64,000 nt of DNA from Octopus vulgaris (lineage: Eukaryota): the NCBI GenBank assembly GCA_951406725.2, contig OX597819.1, positions 96,410,001 through 96,474,000 of the forward strand. Direction: 5' to 3'. The position numbers and the translations under genes were made by a program. The notes under the pieces are model-generated. The model did no database searches. It saw nothing but the letters and a program-made list of their open reading frames with translations, and had not been told where the DNA came from. How positions within the stretch are numbered: position 1 is the first letter of the stretch; every line of letters starts with the position of its first letter. This document shows, one piece after another, positions 38,356 through 55,035 of this stretch.

Positions 38356-40062
38356 GGTATTTTCATTTTACAAGCGTCTTCTTGTTGCCTGACAGATACA
38401 AACAGGTTCCCTTTCACATGCCTGGATAGTCTGAACGTAAAGTACTACATCAAATACGACACTACATTTTACCCAACACTAATAATTCAGTCATTCACTT
38501 CTTTGGAAAGGAGGTTTATTTCATTGAACCCGTATCTAATACCCCCCCCACACACACACACACGCATGCACACACGCATGCACACACACACGCATGCACA
38601 CACACACGCATGCACACACACACGCATGCACACACACACGCATGCACACACACTCACACACATACGCTTAGGCGCGTACTCACAGAGAAAAATAAGACGG
38701 TTTAATTATCGTATATAATTACAAATGTTTTAAGTATAGACGTGAACTAAATAGATTAAATGCATTATAAACAAATTTATAATACATAATAAGCTTGCGC
38801 TGAGTTTACACACACAAACGCATACACACACATACACATAAACATAAATTAGATACAATACCTGGGCTCGCTCATGTGTAATAATTCCTAAATTAATTAC
38901 AACAAATGAATTCGCTATATTTTAAATGAAAAGTATGCTGCTTTAAAAAGATGTTGACAACCCCCATTTAATCCTGGAATTTTGATTCATTCAGAGTTCT
39001 TGCCAAAATCCAAATCGGAAGTTGGTTTAATTTTGAACTTCATAAAAATATTTTTTTAAAAACACAAAAGAAAACAAAAATAAAATATTAAAACAAAATT
39101 TTACTCGTGGTATTTTACGGAAAAATATGCATTTTTTAAAACTGTACTAATTTACATAATTACTTTAATTATTTTTCAATCATTAACTCTTATAATGACA
39201 TTTGAGTGCTTGGAGGTGTAAATTTTTTTTCTCTCTCAATCTGGTGTTAAATGGAACAAATTTCTGCTGTTTTCAAATTTGTTTCCAAATCTGAACATGG
39301 AAAAATCAATGTGATTCCAAATTGATTCCAGAAACTCTGAGACTGCCACCGTGTTTACTTGAAGTGCTTGGCAAATAAGATGCGAAGTGATAACTGATGC
39401 TGTATAAATTTGAAGGGTACAACGTGATATGGTGTAAAGGAGTATTTTGTTCACCACCGGTTGAGTCCCATTGCAAACTCGAAGAGCGTATAGATTTCTA
39501 AGAAGAATGAGAGGGATTCCTTTCTTCAAGATCATCCAATATGATGGTATATCAAACAGATTTAGCGAATTTACAATCTCTCTGAAGTTATTCATCGAGA
39601 AATCTATGGTCCAAAACTTAAATGTCGACATCTTATTTATTATATATATTGAAACTTCATTTAAATGTATTGGCATGTTATACTCTTTTACTTGTTTAAG
39701 TCATTTGACTGCGGGCATGCTGAAGCACTTGACTATTCCTGCATGTATTGATACCTTATGTATTGACATCTCATTATTGATGTCTCTTGTATTGCCAACT
39801 CATATCCAATGTATTGTCATCCTATACACTGACACATTACGTATTGACATCTCATGTATTGACATCCTAATTTATTTACATCTCATTTATTGTTTCATTT
39901 CCTGGGGCGTTGTTTGACTCCGTTTATGATAATTAAAATAAGGTTAGATATTTGAGTATACATATACCTTCAGGCTGTATCATATAAATGCCAACCAAGT
40001 GTGGCGTCCTCTACGAGACAGTGCTACCGACGCTTATAGCCCCAGGAAGACATCTCTTGCAG

Positions 40063-40173
40063 CTGGCTACCGACACACATTTTGTGTCCGATTAGTATTT
40101 GCGAGGGGAGGTCACCGCTCGCGTCTCTAGCGATGATCAAATACTAATTGGACACAGAATATGTGTCAGCCAG
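40063..40173. other. Long imperfect hairpin (structured repeat segment)
   Basis: gacacacattttgtgtccgattagtatttg pairs with caaatactaattggacacagaatatgtgtc; outer stem ctggct/agccag. Confidence 0.8.
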
Positions 40174-41660
40174 GGTCTGCCTATTGCCACTTTGGAGTAA
40201 TAAATCAGTATAATCACCAGTTGTTCTACCTTCTTTTGTTTTGTATTGAGGAAAAATTCTGATGCTCTTGGTAGTATTTAATCTTTTGACATCTATGTGG
40301 CCTCGTGGCAGACATTGAACTCATCAACTGGTGTAACCTTAGCAATTAAGGTAGAATTTTGAAGAAATCGCCTGCAGCAACATTGATATTCCGACGATAT
40401 TGTCATTAGTTTTTCTCATATATCTCTTATTGCCCAACTGAATGCTTCTTGGGCAAGTTCAAGGATCTTTGTGCATTTATTCCGCATAATCAATTCACTA
40501 ACTTTGAATACAGCTATCGTATTTGGATCTTTGAGTCTATGTTGCTGCACTCCTATAACAGTTTTGATCGCGTAGGTATATGACCAAAGTTATTCCTGCT
40601 CTGAGTATTCTAGGATTTTGTATACGAAGGATTGTATTACCTAGCATGGTTTCTTTTAAAGAATGATTTGAGAGAGATTTGGTTGCCATTTTTCGAATGT
40701 CAAGCTGCTTATATTTATAAAGTTACGTAAAGAAACTCGTTGCACACGTGAAAGAAATATAAATATTTTATTAACTTCTATCGTGTTTATCAACCATATT
40801 AATGGTGATTGCTACCTAAAATATGATGTGCTGGGTGGGATGGAATCTTTTCACATTTTTATCATATCAATGGAAAATTACAATGAACAACGGCAACAAA
40901 AATGTTAGTGATATTTAAACCACTTTATGAAATACTAATAGCTGACGTAGATCGATATAGATTTTGTATTGAGTCACCAGTGATTTAACGGACTTTTTTT
41001 TTTCAGTACTGAGTTGATCATCAATATTTCTATTTCTCACCGATCATTTAATTTCCTTGTTGATTAAACACAGACGGCTTCTGAAGGCAATCGATGACCT
41101 TCGTTTTAAAATCAATTCCCGTCCTTTTTCACTTCAAAGGAAATTTCGAGAAAAAATATCTACTATCAATTAATTTCCACCGGAAGTCAATATGACGCTT
41201 CGTTTGAAGTGGAACTCTCCTGTTAATTCCTCTCTCTTTCAATATGAAATCCGGATATTAAAAGAAGCAATGGAACCTATACAGCATAACTTCGTTACAT
41301 TTCGTAGAATAAGTAGAACAAATATTTAAAAAATAAATAAATAGATAAAAAGCAATGTTTAAGCAATGAATAATTTTGAAGCGTTTTTTTAAAGTACAGT
41401 TTGATAACGCACAAGCAGTAAATATATTACAAGCTAGCTGTCTCTTTCAATGCGGTAAGAAATGTGGGGAGTGAAGGGAAAAGACAAACACAAGCAATGT
41501 TATAGTTTTATTCACTGACATCACTGTATCATAGAATTTATGAACGAAGTGGTTAAAAGGAAAATTTGGCCCACCTTTCATGTTTTATATCTTATTTTTA
41601 ATTGATCTGTGAGGTGATGTCAACTGAATCCAAACACTCAACACCTTTAACTTGGCACTT

Positions 41661-41736
<76 letters not shown>

Positions 41737-42067
41737 TTGTGTGCGTGTATTTGTTTGTGTAGGTATGTGTGCACGTGTACGTGTAGTGGATGAGTATACT
41801 GTGAGTAGAAATGCGCATATATGTATATATGCATATATACACGTATATATATATAAGCATACGCACACACATACATACACGCATATGTATATATATATAT
41901 ACATATAAATATATATATATAGAATAAATTTTTATTTTGTTATGTGTATGTGTATATATTTTTATAGTGAGTATGCATATACGGATCTAGGCATACACAC
42001 ACACGTACACACGCATACAAACATATATGCACACATACATACATACATACATACATACATACATACA

Positions 42068-42099
<32 letters not shown>

Positions 42100-42252
42100 A
42101 TCGTATAACAGATTCAGAAAGAAATATACTTAAAAAAACTATATGAAGACGTTTACATGAATACAACATATATGCACAGTAACACGCTTATGATGTATAT
42201 ATATATATATATGTATATGTATACATAAATACACACACACACACATACACAC

Positions 42253-42301
<49 letters not shown>

Positions 42302-42365
42302 TGTGTGTGTGTCTGTATTTGTTGCTATCTATGTGTATCTATATATATAAATATATACTTTTATA

Positions 42366-42405
<40 letters not shown>

Positions 42406-43062
42406 TATATTAATATATATTTACACACACACACATACACACACATATATGTATGTATGTATAAATATAAATATGTATGTATGTATGTATGCACTGGGGA
42501 TGGTGGTACTACCACAACCATCGCCATCGCTACCATAGCGATGGCGATGGTTGTGGTACTTGTGGTGGTGGTGATGGTGGTGATGATGTTGATTGTGGTA
42601 TTGTTTGTGATAGTACTGACACACATATATAGGATGTATAGACGTGTGTGCGTGCATACACACATACAAATATATATTAATGTATAAGTATATATATATA
42701 TATCTGTATATATATATATATACAGACACACACGCATATATATAATATGTACATGTATACGTATATACACATACACATTACACATACATATTACACACAC
42801 ACACACACACACGCACACATACACGCTCACGCACACTCATTCATAGACATCGATATATCATACCCTATATATGTGTTAATGTGACGTTAGTGCGTGTGGG
42901 TGTACAGTATTTTGTTTATTACAGCAATATAAAATCTATTTGACGACTATATGAGGACGTTATCACCAATGTTTGATTTAACCATTCACCTCTAAAAAGC
43001 ATCTCTTTGATCACTTCTCCATCACAAATAAAATAATAATAATAAAAATAATAATAATAATC

Positions 43063-43120
<58 letters not shown>

Positions 43121-44814
43121 TAATAATAATGGATAAATAAAGAAATAAATACAGTATAATGTTACAGAATTTCATGAAGTGAGACAAAATAAATTAGGAA
43201 TTTTTAGTCTTTTTACTGGGTTTTTTTTTCTCATTTTTCTAATCTCTTTTACTCGTGATGCAAACAGCAATTTTATTAAATCCAATAATATACTCGAGGA
43301 TTTTCTGTTACGCTAAATTTCGTTCACATGAATGCCTCTACGTCAACATATAGAGATTACCAACACAGTATTTGGTTAACATTTTATATTATCTACTTCG
43401 GTGGTATATTTCAGTGAGTTCAGATCCCGCTAAAGCCAACATTAAATGATATTCTAGCATTCAGGTGTAAGTAACATTATAAAATATTTTGGTTGAAGAG
43501 AGTTTTTATTTTTTTGTTTTCAGTTTTTGTTTTTTCGCCTGACTGGAAATTTTGTGTTCAAATCGCTCTGTGATATTGAAAACAGAAAAAAAAAAAAAAG
43601 TAATTTCCAGAACTATTTGCAATATTCCAACAACCAAAAACGTGATAATACAAGTTAAGAATCATTTACCAATAATATTGAACAGAAGTGAAAGGGCATT
43701 GCCCGTAGCCGTTTCAGAACTCTTAATATTAAAGTGATTAATTCTGTTAACGTTGAAAGAGCTTAATATGGATACAGCTATATGAGTAAAGATTAAAGGA
43801 AATATTTAGTAAAGAATAGACATGATGTTGCTGAAAGAGTGGAATCGAGAGATTAAAGTTACGTATTGAGAGTGAGAGCGACTGAAGTAGCAGCGCCAAA
43901 AGAGATAGAGGAAGACCAGAGATCGAAAAGGATGTAAGAATTTGGATACTAGTGATAGCATCCCACTCGTGATATTCCCCTCATATTACCTTCTGATGTA
44001 ATGTTTCTAATGTGTCTTTACGATTTCAAAATGGCAGAATGTGTGTTCAGAGATTTAAAACTGTGAAGATGCGCGATATCTAACTTGAATAAGTAAGGGC
44101 TGTCTTTACAACTCAATAAGCTTGTGTAGTAGAGGATACAGGTATTAAAAATGGAAGATTTTGTCGCGTTAAAAAGAAAACTGTTATTCGAATACAGATT
44201 ATATAACAAAGAACCAACTCTTAGCCAATGTTGTTCCCTGGTCTACTCTGACTAGGAGAAGTAACACATACCATGGTCGAAGCTGTGGGTTAATTAGCAT
44301 ATTAGCGCTTGCCTACATATGCATATGAAAACTGGATGCAGTGGATTCTGCATAAGAAACTTTCGTGGTTTCATGGAGAGGAAGACGGCTGTAGCAATGC
44401 ATTGTGGAGTTGCAGAGAGCAATATGAGACAAGTAAGACATCTTGGTCATCCACTGCATCCGTCTCCACCCCCAGTTGTCTTGATCTGGTCTTGCTGCAG
44501 GATTGAAGATGGTCACAGATGAGAGAGTGAGGATAATGGTGTGCAACTCTTCTTCACTTTAAACAAAGTCACCACACAAGTCATTAGTTATCCTCAAAGA
44601 TGACTAAATTGTCCTCGTCACTCCTACGGACGAACAAGGATACGACAGATAAATGGTTCATCATGGATACGACAAGTAAAACGTTCATCATCAGATGCAG
44701 TAAGACATGATCTATGTGAGGTGATTGAGGTAGTTTAATAATGCTGAGTACATTGGATTAAGTGTTCTCATGAAATGTGCAATACTTATAGTTTAGAAGT
44801 ATAGAATGGCATTG

Positions 44815-44979
44815 GAGGCGCAGGAGTGGGTGTGTGGTAAGTAGCTTGCTTACCAACCACATGGTTCCGGGTTCAGTTCCACTGCGTGGTGTCTTGGGCA
44901 AGTGTCTTCTGCTATAGCCTCGGGCCGACCAAAGCCTTGTGAGTGGATTTGGTAGACGGAAACTGAAAGAAGCCTGACG

Positions 44980-45036
<57 letters not shown>

Positions 45037-45255
45037 ATGTGTGTGTATGTGTGTGTATATGTTTGTGTGTCTGTGTTTGTCCCTCTAGCATTGCTTGACA
45101 ACCGATGCTGGTGTGTTTACGTCCCCGTCACTTAGCGGTTCGGCAAAAGAGACCGATAGAATAAGTACTGGGCTTACAAAGAATAAAGGCGGTGCTCCAG
45201 TATGGCCGCAGTCAAATGACTGAAACAAGTAAAAGAGTAAAAGAGAAAGAGAGTA
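44815..45255 (+). mobile_element. tRNA-derived SINE family A, full length
   Basis: A-box tgggtgtgtggt, B-box-like gggttcagttcc, body cttgggcaagtgtc...gtgagtggatttggtagacggaaactgaaagaagcc, internal (TA)/(TG), LINE-like tail and (GTAAAAGA) repeats. Confidence 0.9.
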
Positions 45256-45979
45256 ATGGGTAACGGCAGAGAGCTGGTAAAATCGTTAGCATTCTGAGCA
45301 AAATGTTTAGCCTCATTGAAACTCATCGATGCACAACATGGAATCATATGCAACAGTACGAACTAATGAGAAAGCTTCTAGAACGTCTCCCGACCTGATT
45401 GAAATAGTTGCTAAATCTCCCTCAAATCGTACTCTAACGTCTTAGAATGGAAGGGAGACACTAGCTAAAGGAGATGTGCACATCAATATTAACGCTGAAT
45501 GGTGGTGGCTGGAATCTCATAGGTCTACTGGATCATAGATCGCCTAGGGTTAAACAGCAATTATTTCTAATATCTATTATCACAAGGGACGTCATTACAA
45601 CTACCACCACCACCATCACTATCACCACTGCCAATGCTGCCACCACCACCACCACCACTACCACCACAACCATCGCCATCACTACCACAGTCCCAATAAT
45701 ACCATTACTGTCATAACAACCATTTGTTACTATGACAATAAGCATCACCACTGCCGATACTAGCACAATCATCGTTTCTACATCAACACTGCTGACTCTA
45801 TCACCATCAGTACTATAACCATTAACACCATCTTCATTAACACCTCTGCTCCTATCATTAATCATACTGCCACCCCCTTGATAACAACTACCATCACCAC
45901 CATCAACAACATTATTATCATCAACAACAGTAGCACGAAGATAGTATACAGTGCCTAATAGAGATGATGTATGATACTA

Positions 45980-46610
45980 GTTTCAAAGTGTGGTAAAAGG
46001 TTATAAATTTTAGGGGATGGGGGTTAGTCAATTACATTGACCCTAGTACTTGACTGATATTTTATTTTACCCACTCCGAAAGAATGGAGAGTAAAGATGA
46101 CCTCGGCGAAATTTGAACTCAGAACGTATAGAGCTGCAAGAAATGCCACTGAATATTGTGCCCAACTCGCTAACGATTCTGCCAGCTCACTGTCATAAAG
46201 ATAGTATGTAATAATCCCTTCTATTATAGGCACAAAGCCTGAAATTTGGTGGAGGGGGATATTTGACTACATCGACCCTAGAGTTTCACTTATACTTAAT
46301 TTATCGACTCCCGAAAAGATGAAAGGCAAAATCGACCTCGGTGGAATTTGAACTCAGAACGTAGCGGCAGACGAAATACCTATTTCTTTACTACCCACAA
46401 GGGGCTAAACACAGAGAGGACAAACAAGGACAGACAAACGGATTAAGTCGATTATATCGACCTCAGTGCGTAACTGGCACTTAATTTATCGACCCAGAAA
46501 GGGTGAAAGGCAAAGTCGACCCCGGCGGAATTTGAACTCAGAACGTAACGGCAGACGAAATATTGCTAAGCATTTTGTCCGGTGTGTTAACGATTCTCCC
46601 AGCTCACCGT
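45980..46610 (-). mobile_element. Cluster of SINE family B copies including a tandem-duplicated body
   Basis: Three occurrences of (g)aatttgaactcagaacgta and two heads (ctgccagctcac, cccagctcaccg). Confidence 0.85.
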
Positions 46611-47619
46611 CATTGAGATAATATGTAAAAATGCTTTGTAAAAATGGTATATAGTATCTTATAGAGCTGGGTAAATCGTGCCCAGTGGAATTGGTATATA
46701 GTTCTTATTGGAACTGGCATATAATGCCTAGTAGAGATGGTCTTTTGTGCCTCGTAAACATGGGATGTAGTAAGTGTAGAAATAGAGATGGTGTATAGGG
46801 CCTAGTGGATACTAGGTGTACAGAAATAGAAATAGTGTACAGCGCCTAGTGGAGACTATGTAGTAGCTGGTAGAGATGTTATTTAGTGCCTGGTAGTACA
46901 TAGTGTCTGGTAGAGAATGTGTGCAATTTTTTGTCGATGTGTATACTTTGCCGCTCGCTGTATATTTTATTAACGTATGTTATAATAAAATCAATATACG
47001 TTTCCTTCCTATCGTCTTAGCAGACGTTACCACACTGAAGTATGTGAAGTTATTTCGTTGCTTTAAAATCATATATATATATAGGAGGAAAACTTGAGAT
47101 TTGGTAGCCTTTATAAAGATTTACAGTTTTGAAGAAAGATATTGGTAGGAACTGATTAGATAGGAATGTATACAATGAGACGCAAAAGGGCTAGAAATCG
47201 GCTGCATCGGACACATATCGGTGTTGGTGTTGGAGGTGTAGTAAGTTTAAAGAGTGATGACACAGCATATTGATGAACTTAGAGTAACGTTGATAGCGAA
47301 ATCAAAAGTCGTTCCGATGCGTCCAAGAAATTTTTAATAAATTAACCAGAGGAATGAGGACCACAGCTGTGACTCCTCCAGGCACCCCCTACTCTACTGA
47401 CAGTTTGAAGAATTGAGAAAGAAACCATGAATGAGAGACTGCTACAGTAGAAAGAAGAGACAGCACATTGATATGCATTGTTCTTCGAGACATGGTCTTC
47501 ATTTTTGCAACTGAGTCGACTCTGATAAACACACCTAAATGTTAGATGGTGGTGCTAAATAGGGCCATCAAAGAACACGAAAACTCTGGTGGAGGAGATA
47601 ACCATACAGAAATCGAGAT

Positions 47620-48230
47620 ACAAAAAGAGAAAGGAAAGGAAGGAGAGTAAGAAAAAAATGAATGAGAAAAAAGGGAGTTAGTAAGTGTTTGCGTAAGGAA
47701 GACAAAAAGGGACGAATATTTTGAGAAACGAGAAAAGGAAATTTGGGAAAATTAAGAAGCAGCAGCATCAGTAGGAGCGCGCGCGAGAGAGAGAGAGAGG
47801 GAGAGAGAGAGGGGGAGAGAGAAGGAGAGAGAGGGAGAGAGAGACGGATAGAAAGAGGATGGAGAGAGAGGGAGGAAGGAAAAAGAAGTAGAAAGAGAGA
47901 AAGACGGAGAGAGGGAGGAGGGAAAGAAAAATAGGTACAAGAGGAAGGAAGGGAATGAGGGGAGAGAAGTGAAGAGAGGGGCAAAAACGGCTATGCGGTG
48001 CAGAGAAAGGCCAGAAGTCTTATTACTAAAGAAGAGAGAGAGATAGAAAGAGAGAGAGAGAGAGACGGAGAGAGAGAGACGGAGAGAGAACGAGCGAAAG
48101 AGAAAGAGAAAATCAACGTGAGAAAGAGTGACGAAAGAAAGAGACGTCTCTGGCCACTTGAGAGAGAAAGAGAATTAACCATCTAAAAAGAGCTGGAGAG
48201 GTGAGAGGGAGAGTAAAAGAAAGAGTGGCC
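47620..48230. repeat. Polypurine (GA-rich) low-complexity tract
   Basis: Extended GA/GGA runs. Confidence 0.85.
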
Positions 48231-48342
48231 GAGTTTTGATTTTACCTGAGAAACTGATGTCGCTTTCTAAGGAAAAAACTTGTTTTTCTTCAAAAGACAA
48301 GTAACAAAATAATGCATTATGTTATGCCTTCGTTATTTTGAC

Positions 48343-48391
<49 letters not shown>

Positions 48392-48427
48392 GCATATATA
48401 CATACATATATGTACATACATACATAC

Positions 48428-48464
<37 letters not shown>

Positions 48465-48595
48465 TGCATGTATGGGTATAGGACGTCACAAAGCGTAAAT
48501 AGCATATCTGCATATGCATGCGTACGTACATATTTAGTAACACATACATAAATACATATATACATACATACATACATGCATACAGTAATATATCG

Positions 48596-48635
<40 letters not shown>

Positions 48636-48649
48636 GCACATGCTTTGTG

Positions 48650-48695
<46 letters not shown>

Positions 48696-49537
48696 TGCAC
48701 ACACATTCATACATACGTGAACACACTCACGTATATATATACACACATTTCTACGCATAATATCCCGTGGACCATTATATATATTATATAGTGAGATCAC
48801 CGCAAGAATTTAAAGATAAAACTCCCTTTAATGGAGTTAAAACCTGGAAAAAATCCTCAAGATAGATAACTCCTATAATGTCAGCTGATGCAAGTTTTTG
48901 GATAGATAAGACATTGCAGTTTAGAAGTGGACCTTTTCTTTCTTACCAACTAATGAAAGCATTAACTCTACTACTACTGCCTCTGCTGCTGCCATTATTG
49001 GTGCTGCTATCACTGCTGCTGCCACTTCACACGCAAACACACTCACACACACATACAAGGAATGTATGTTTTGTAGAAAACTTGTTGTAATGGAAGTTAT
49101 TTTGTATTGTTTCTGGATGAGACGTCCATATAGCTGGACGTCATTTCTCTCGCCTCACGGCATTTTTTCTCTTCTACTATTTTCTTCTCTTCTATTTATT
49201 CCAAATACTTTCAAAATTTCTCCCAGGCGTTATCCATTACAGTTCGTCTCGGCCTAACGACCCTTAATGTTTATCTTCTTCGATTATTCACTCTGCACGT
49301 CCACTCTGCTATTTGCTCGTTCGAAACCTTAACACTCCACAAATTTTATATTTTAAAAATTTCTGGATGCTACTGTCTTATGAAGTTTACCTACATTGTC
49401 GTCAAAAGCACGAAATTGGGAGAAGTAAAACAGTCGACAACTGACGAGGAATTATCTTCTTTTGGTATTTTGTCCTGTACTTATCTCTCGTGTGTTACGT
49501 ATCCTTCACACGTTGATGATGTCCTGTACTTAATGCG

Positions 49538-49603
<66 letters not shown>

Positions 49604-49824
49604 TTCAATATTTTATTCTTTTATTTGTTTCTGTCACTTGACTGCGACTATTTCTATATTTATGGGCAGTAACCCGTAGTTACATATATATCTACTATAC
49701 ATCTCTTATAAGATTATCCTGAATGTAATATATACCTCTCGTAGGATCATCCTGAATGCATTTTCATCACCATTATAACTCAGTCATTGTTATGACCACT
49801 TGTTTCTTTGTTCATACTATAGGA

Positions 49825-49862
<38 letters not shown>

Positions 49863-51100
49863 AACACCAACTCGTAGTGTCAACAACAGCTATATTTATT
49901 TTGTAGTTGAATGTGCAAGTCTTTTGTTTTTCTTCATAACAGCAAATGATGAGGAGATTTTCACCGAAATATCTACAATTCACGCGAGGTAACCTCAAGT
50001 AAATATTCCATACTTTCTTCCTGTGCTATATTTCATGTGTGCTCACATAGACACTGAGTCATAGCACTGATTAACAGTCGATTTATTCTGCATTCTTAAT
50101 GATTAGAGAAAACTCAAAGGCATCCTGTTTCATCTCTATCAATATTTTCATTTATTTCTGTCATTACTCTCCGTATTATATAATTGGCTTTTATCCGATC
50201 TTCGCTTTATAGCTTTATACCACTATATTGAATATTTGAGTTATAAATTAATCTGTCAAGTAATAGACTGATCAAAACAATGATATTTAATACAACTTTG
50301 AACCTTGTTCTTATTTTCTTCTAGTTCTGTCTGTGTTTGTCAACCATATGGATGACTCTTAGTAATTGACGGATCAGGATTATATTCGAATATTTCAAAT
50401 AGTAGCTGTACCAATAATTCTGTTAATTTTAACTTGCAATCTACTACTGTTTTCACATAGATTTTTGTGGATAGAGTCTGTTGCTTGACCTGTCTGTAAC
50501 CTGCTATCGTAAAAATAGAAAGGATATATTGGAAAATTACCCGAAATACCCAATGATGTTGTAACAATGGTAAGTTCAAGAGAATATATTATTATATATA
50601 TGGTTAATTGTCAACTAACATTAGTTGACACTTGACTATATGGGCTTTATGCAAAAGGAATTCCAAAGAATTTCTGCATTGTTATTATAGAATTATCGTT
50701 CATGAATCATTCAGCATCAGAGATGTGTTTGTCTTTAATCAAATTAAACAGATGGCGTGAAAGAAGATTGTGTTGTTTGTTTGTCATCTTTCTGAGAGCA
50801 TTGCTTGTCCCCATGACAACTATGGAAGACAGCAAACATCGATGTAGTCCAAAATGGCTGTGATTGTAAACAGATATTCCTAATGTGGTTTCAATTCCTG
50901 GGTCTGTAGTGAAACACGGAGCCAGGGTTGAATGATGGTTTTCAACTTCCTTTTATCAACAGAGTATCGGAGATCCAGTCTGGTAAACGATACGTCGAAC
51001 CTTACCATTGGATTTTGTGGTACCATGAGCTAACATACTTAACCCTCAACAATCATGACACAGATATGTATGAACCACTAGAGCATAGAATGGCACACTA

Positions 51101-51155
<55 letters not shown>

Positions 51156-51985
51156 TATTGCTGTTGTTGTTATTGAGGACTAGGTCAACCCTGATCAAAC
51201 AAATTTTGATCCAAAGTGTTCCAGCCGTGACCATTTAGTCTTTTCTTTAAATATGTAGGACTATAATAATGTGTCTTAGACGACATTACTCAGTGTGATC
51301 TACATTTTAAAAAGATGGTTATATGATTACTATTTGTAACATTTCGAGCAGCTACGAAGAGACTCCAATTTTGATTCAGGTTCACAGCAATTTCTGGACC
51401 ACGTGAGTTATTACAATTTTCATAGACGGGAGCCTTCTTTCTTCTTCTTCCGACGTCAGCCTCCACTTTTTTTTAATCTCTGAGATTATAAGAAACGGAA
51501 ATAATGAAAATATCAATACCATAAGAAGGGACAGTAAAACAGTAATCTCAACTGCAGTTATAGTATCTGGTTCGACCAATGATCTTTCAAGTATAGATAC
51601 AACGACATAGTTGAAATAAATATAAAATGCATTTTACTCTCGTGAAGAACAGCTATAACTTGTCCGTTTAGGGGATCAATTAGTCGGCGAAATACTCCAA
51701 ATAATAGCCACAATGGTACAACTAACTAAACACAATTACATTTATCCAACTATATTTGCCGAATATTTAAGTTAAGTATTGGTTACCTTCAGCTGCTCAC
51801 TTCCAATATTCCATGCATTTCCCTTGGATTGTCAATAAGTGCAGTGTTCAAAATCTCACCAGAGTGACTAAGTTATCTGTTCCGCTCGTGAACCAAAAGT
51901 AGTAAACTTTGGACAGAATAACACGGAAAATCAAGAGTATAGTCTAAATGTAAACACTAGTAGATCTTTAGATAGAAATCTGGAG

Positions 51986-52440
51986 GTGGTACCTAATACT
52001 AATTCCATAAGAGCAGATCGAGCTAATGTCAGTAAAAATCTTTGTAGCTGTAGCAAGAAAATTTGCCCTCACAACGCACAATGTTTGGGGAAAAATATAG
52101 TGTACACATGTGGGTTTACGTCAGATGGAATTTCGTACTATAATATAGGGGCATGCTGGCTACCTTCAAGATGAGATTTGCTAATCACATAGCTTCCTTG
52201 AAGGATAGAGAGAAAATTAACAGTACAAGCTTAAGAGGGTCTTTGTGCTCCCTAAAGAATAGAAACACTGCCTTTGAATTAAAATAGTAAACTACGGGGG
52301 AGTGGGGACAGATACTTATGTAATCGGAAATAAGAATTGTTATTTTTGCTTGGAAGAAATATTCCATACTTTCGTATCTAAATACCAACCAAGTATTAAA
52401 TAATAAACAAGGAATTAGCCCTGAAATGTACGCTCCTTCA
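51986..52440 (+). pseudogene. Penelope-like element GIY-YIG endonuclease remnant
   Basis: CSCSKKICPHNAQCLGKNIVYTC...YYNIG, then after a frameshift RFANHIASLKDREKINSTSL...SLK. This fits the PLE pattern CPLxGxC..NIVY..YIG..R..NH..S..NSTxL. Confidence 0.65.
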
Positions 52441-53185
52441 CACTAAAAACCACTCAAATATTTCCATAGGAAAGATTTTTAATTAAGTAGGTATCACGCA
52501 GATTGGAGGTGTTAGAGTTTACATTCACAATATTGGAGGGGTTAAATTGGCGGTGTTAGAGTTTACATTCATAATATTAGTGCTGCGTCTAGTTTGCCTG
52601 CATCCTGGTAGGAATCCTCCAACTAATTAGCATTCATCGTGTGTAACACTTCGCATATGGAATAATTTATTCTATATCTAAGAGGATGTTATCAACATGT
52701 AGATTATGGGTTGATTTATATAGCTAAAAATTTGGATTTCACTTTAGGTGGAAGTATTCGATCATACTGCATACAATATCCTGGGCTTACAAGGAAATTC
52801 TGTATATCTTATATTTCAAAATAATATTTGACTTGCTAACCCTTAATTGTATCACTGAAATTTATTCACATTTACTTCGCTTAAGGCTATTGGATGTATT
52901 ACACTCTGACCTAGTTTAAGATTTAGCATTCATGATTCGAAATTCAAAACTTAGGGTCATCCTAGAGTCGTTCTGATAACGGATTTTATAGTTATATCAG
53001 ATTTCTAACTATTGTGCTCTTATTCAATGCACTCAAAAATTATCGCCACATACAAAATGTAATACTGTCTTACCCATCGTACTGCAGATCGCTTCAAACT
53101 ACAACAGTGGCAACACCTTGAATAAAGAGAAAGGGTCTCTGACGCTTCGGATTTAGTCCATCAGAAAAAAAGGACAAGGGGAAAA

Positions 53186-53238
<53 letters not shown>

Positions 53239-53699
53239 CGACGACGACGACGACGACGACGATGATGATGATGGTGATGATCTTTCATCTACCAAATTCG
53301 CTCATTAGGTATTGGTCAGTCCGCGGTTATCGTGGAAGACACTTGCTCAAGGCATCACTGAGCCCAAAACATGTCACCTCTTTAACACACTGCCATGCCT
53401 GCCTATTGCGACTAAATATTATCAAAAGCTACCCAGGTAATTTTGTGTTTAATTTGTAGTATTATTGATACAGGGCATGGGAAAATTTTCCATTAAGAAT
53501 ATAACAAGATTTCTGAGAGTTATTTCTCTTACTTTTTTTTTCTGGTTTCAGCACCGCTAAAGAAAGTTTTCTCCATAAATTGTCGGGATATTTTCACTCT
53601 ATAACATATATGAGGTTTTATTGTGTATTAAACATATACGTGCTTGTGCTTGTGTGTATGTATGTGTCTACATATGTACATATATATATTTTATTCTTA

Positions 53700-55035
<1,336 letters not shown>

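Noticed and set aside
39990-40060. HDV-like ribozyme suggested by cgt-cctct-acg
   Set aside because: The P1/P2/P1.1 pseudoknot pairings could not be established by eye.
48235-48300. Possible minus-strand splice donor (ctcag|gtaaa) next to the GA tract
   Set aside because: No supportable acceptor or coding frame, and the motif is too common.
49940-49982. Hammerhead-like ATGATGA-GG...CC-GAAA-TATC-TA
   Set aside because: C3 is missing and there is no convincing stem I, so it was not counted.
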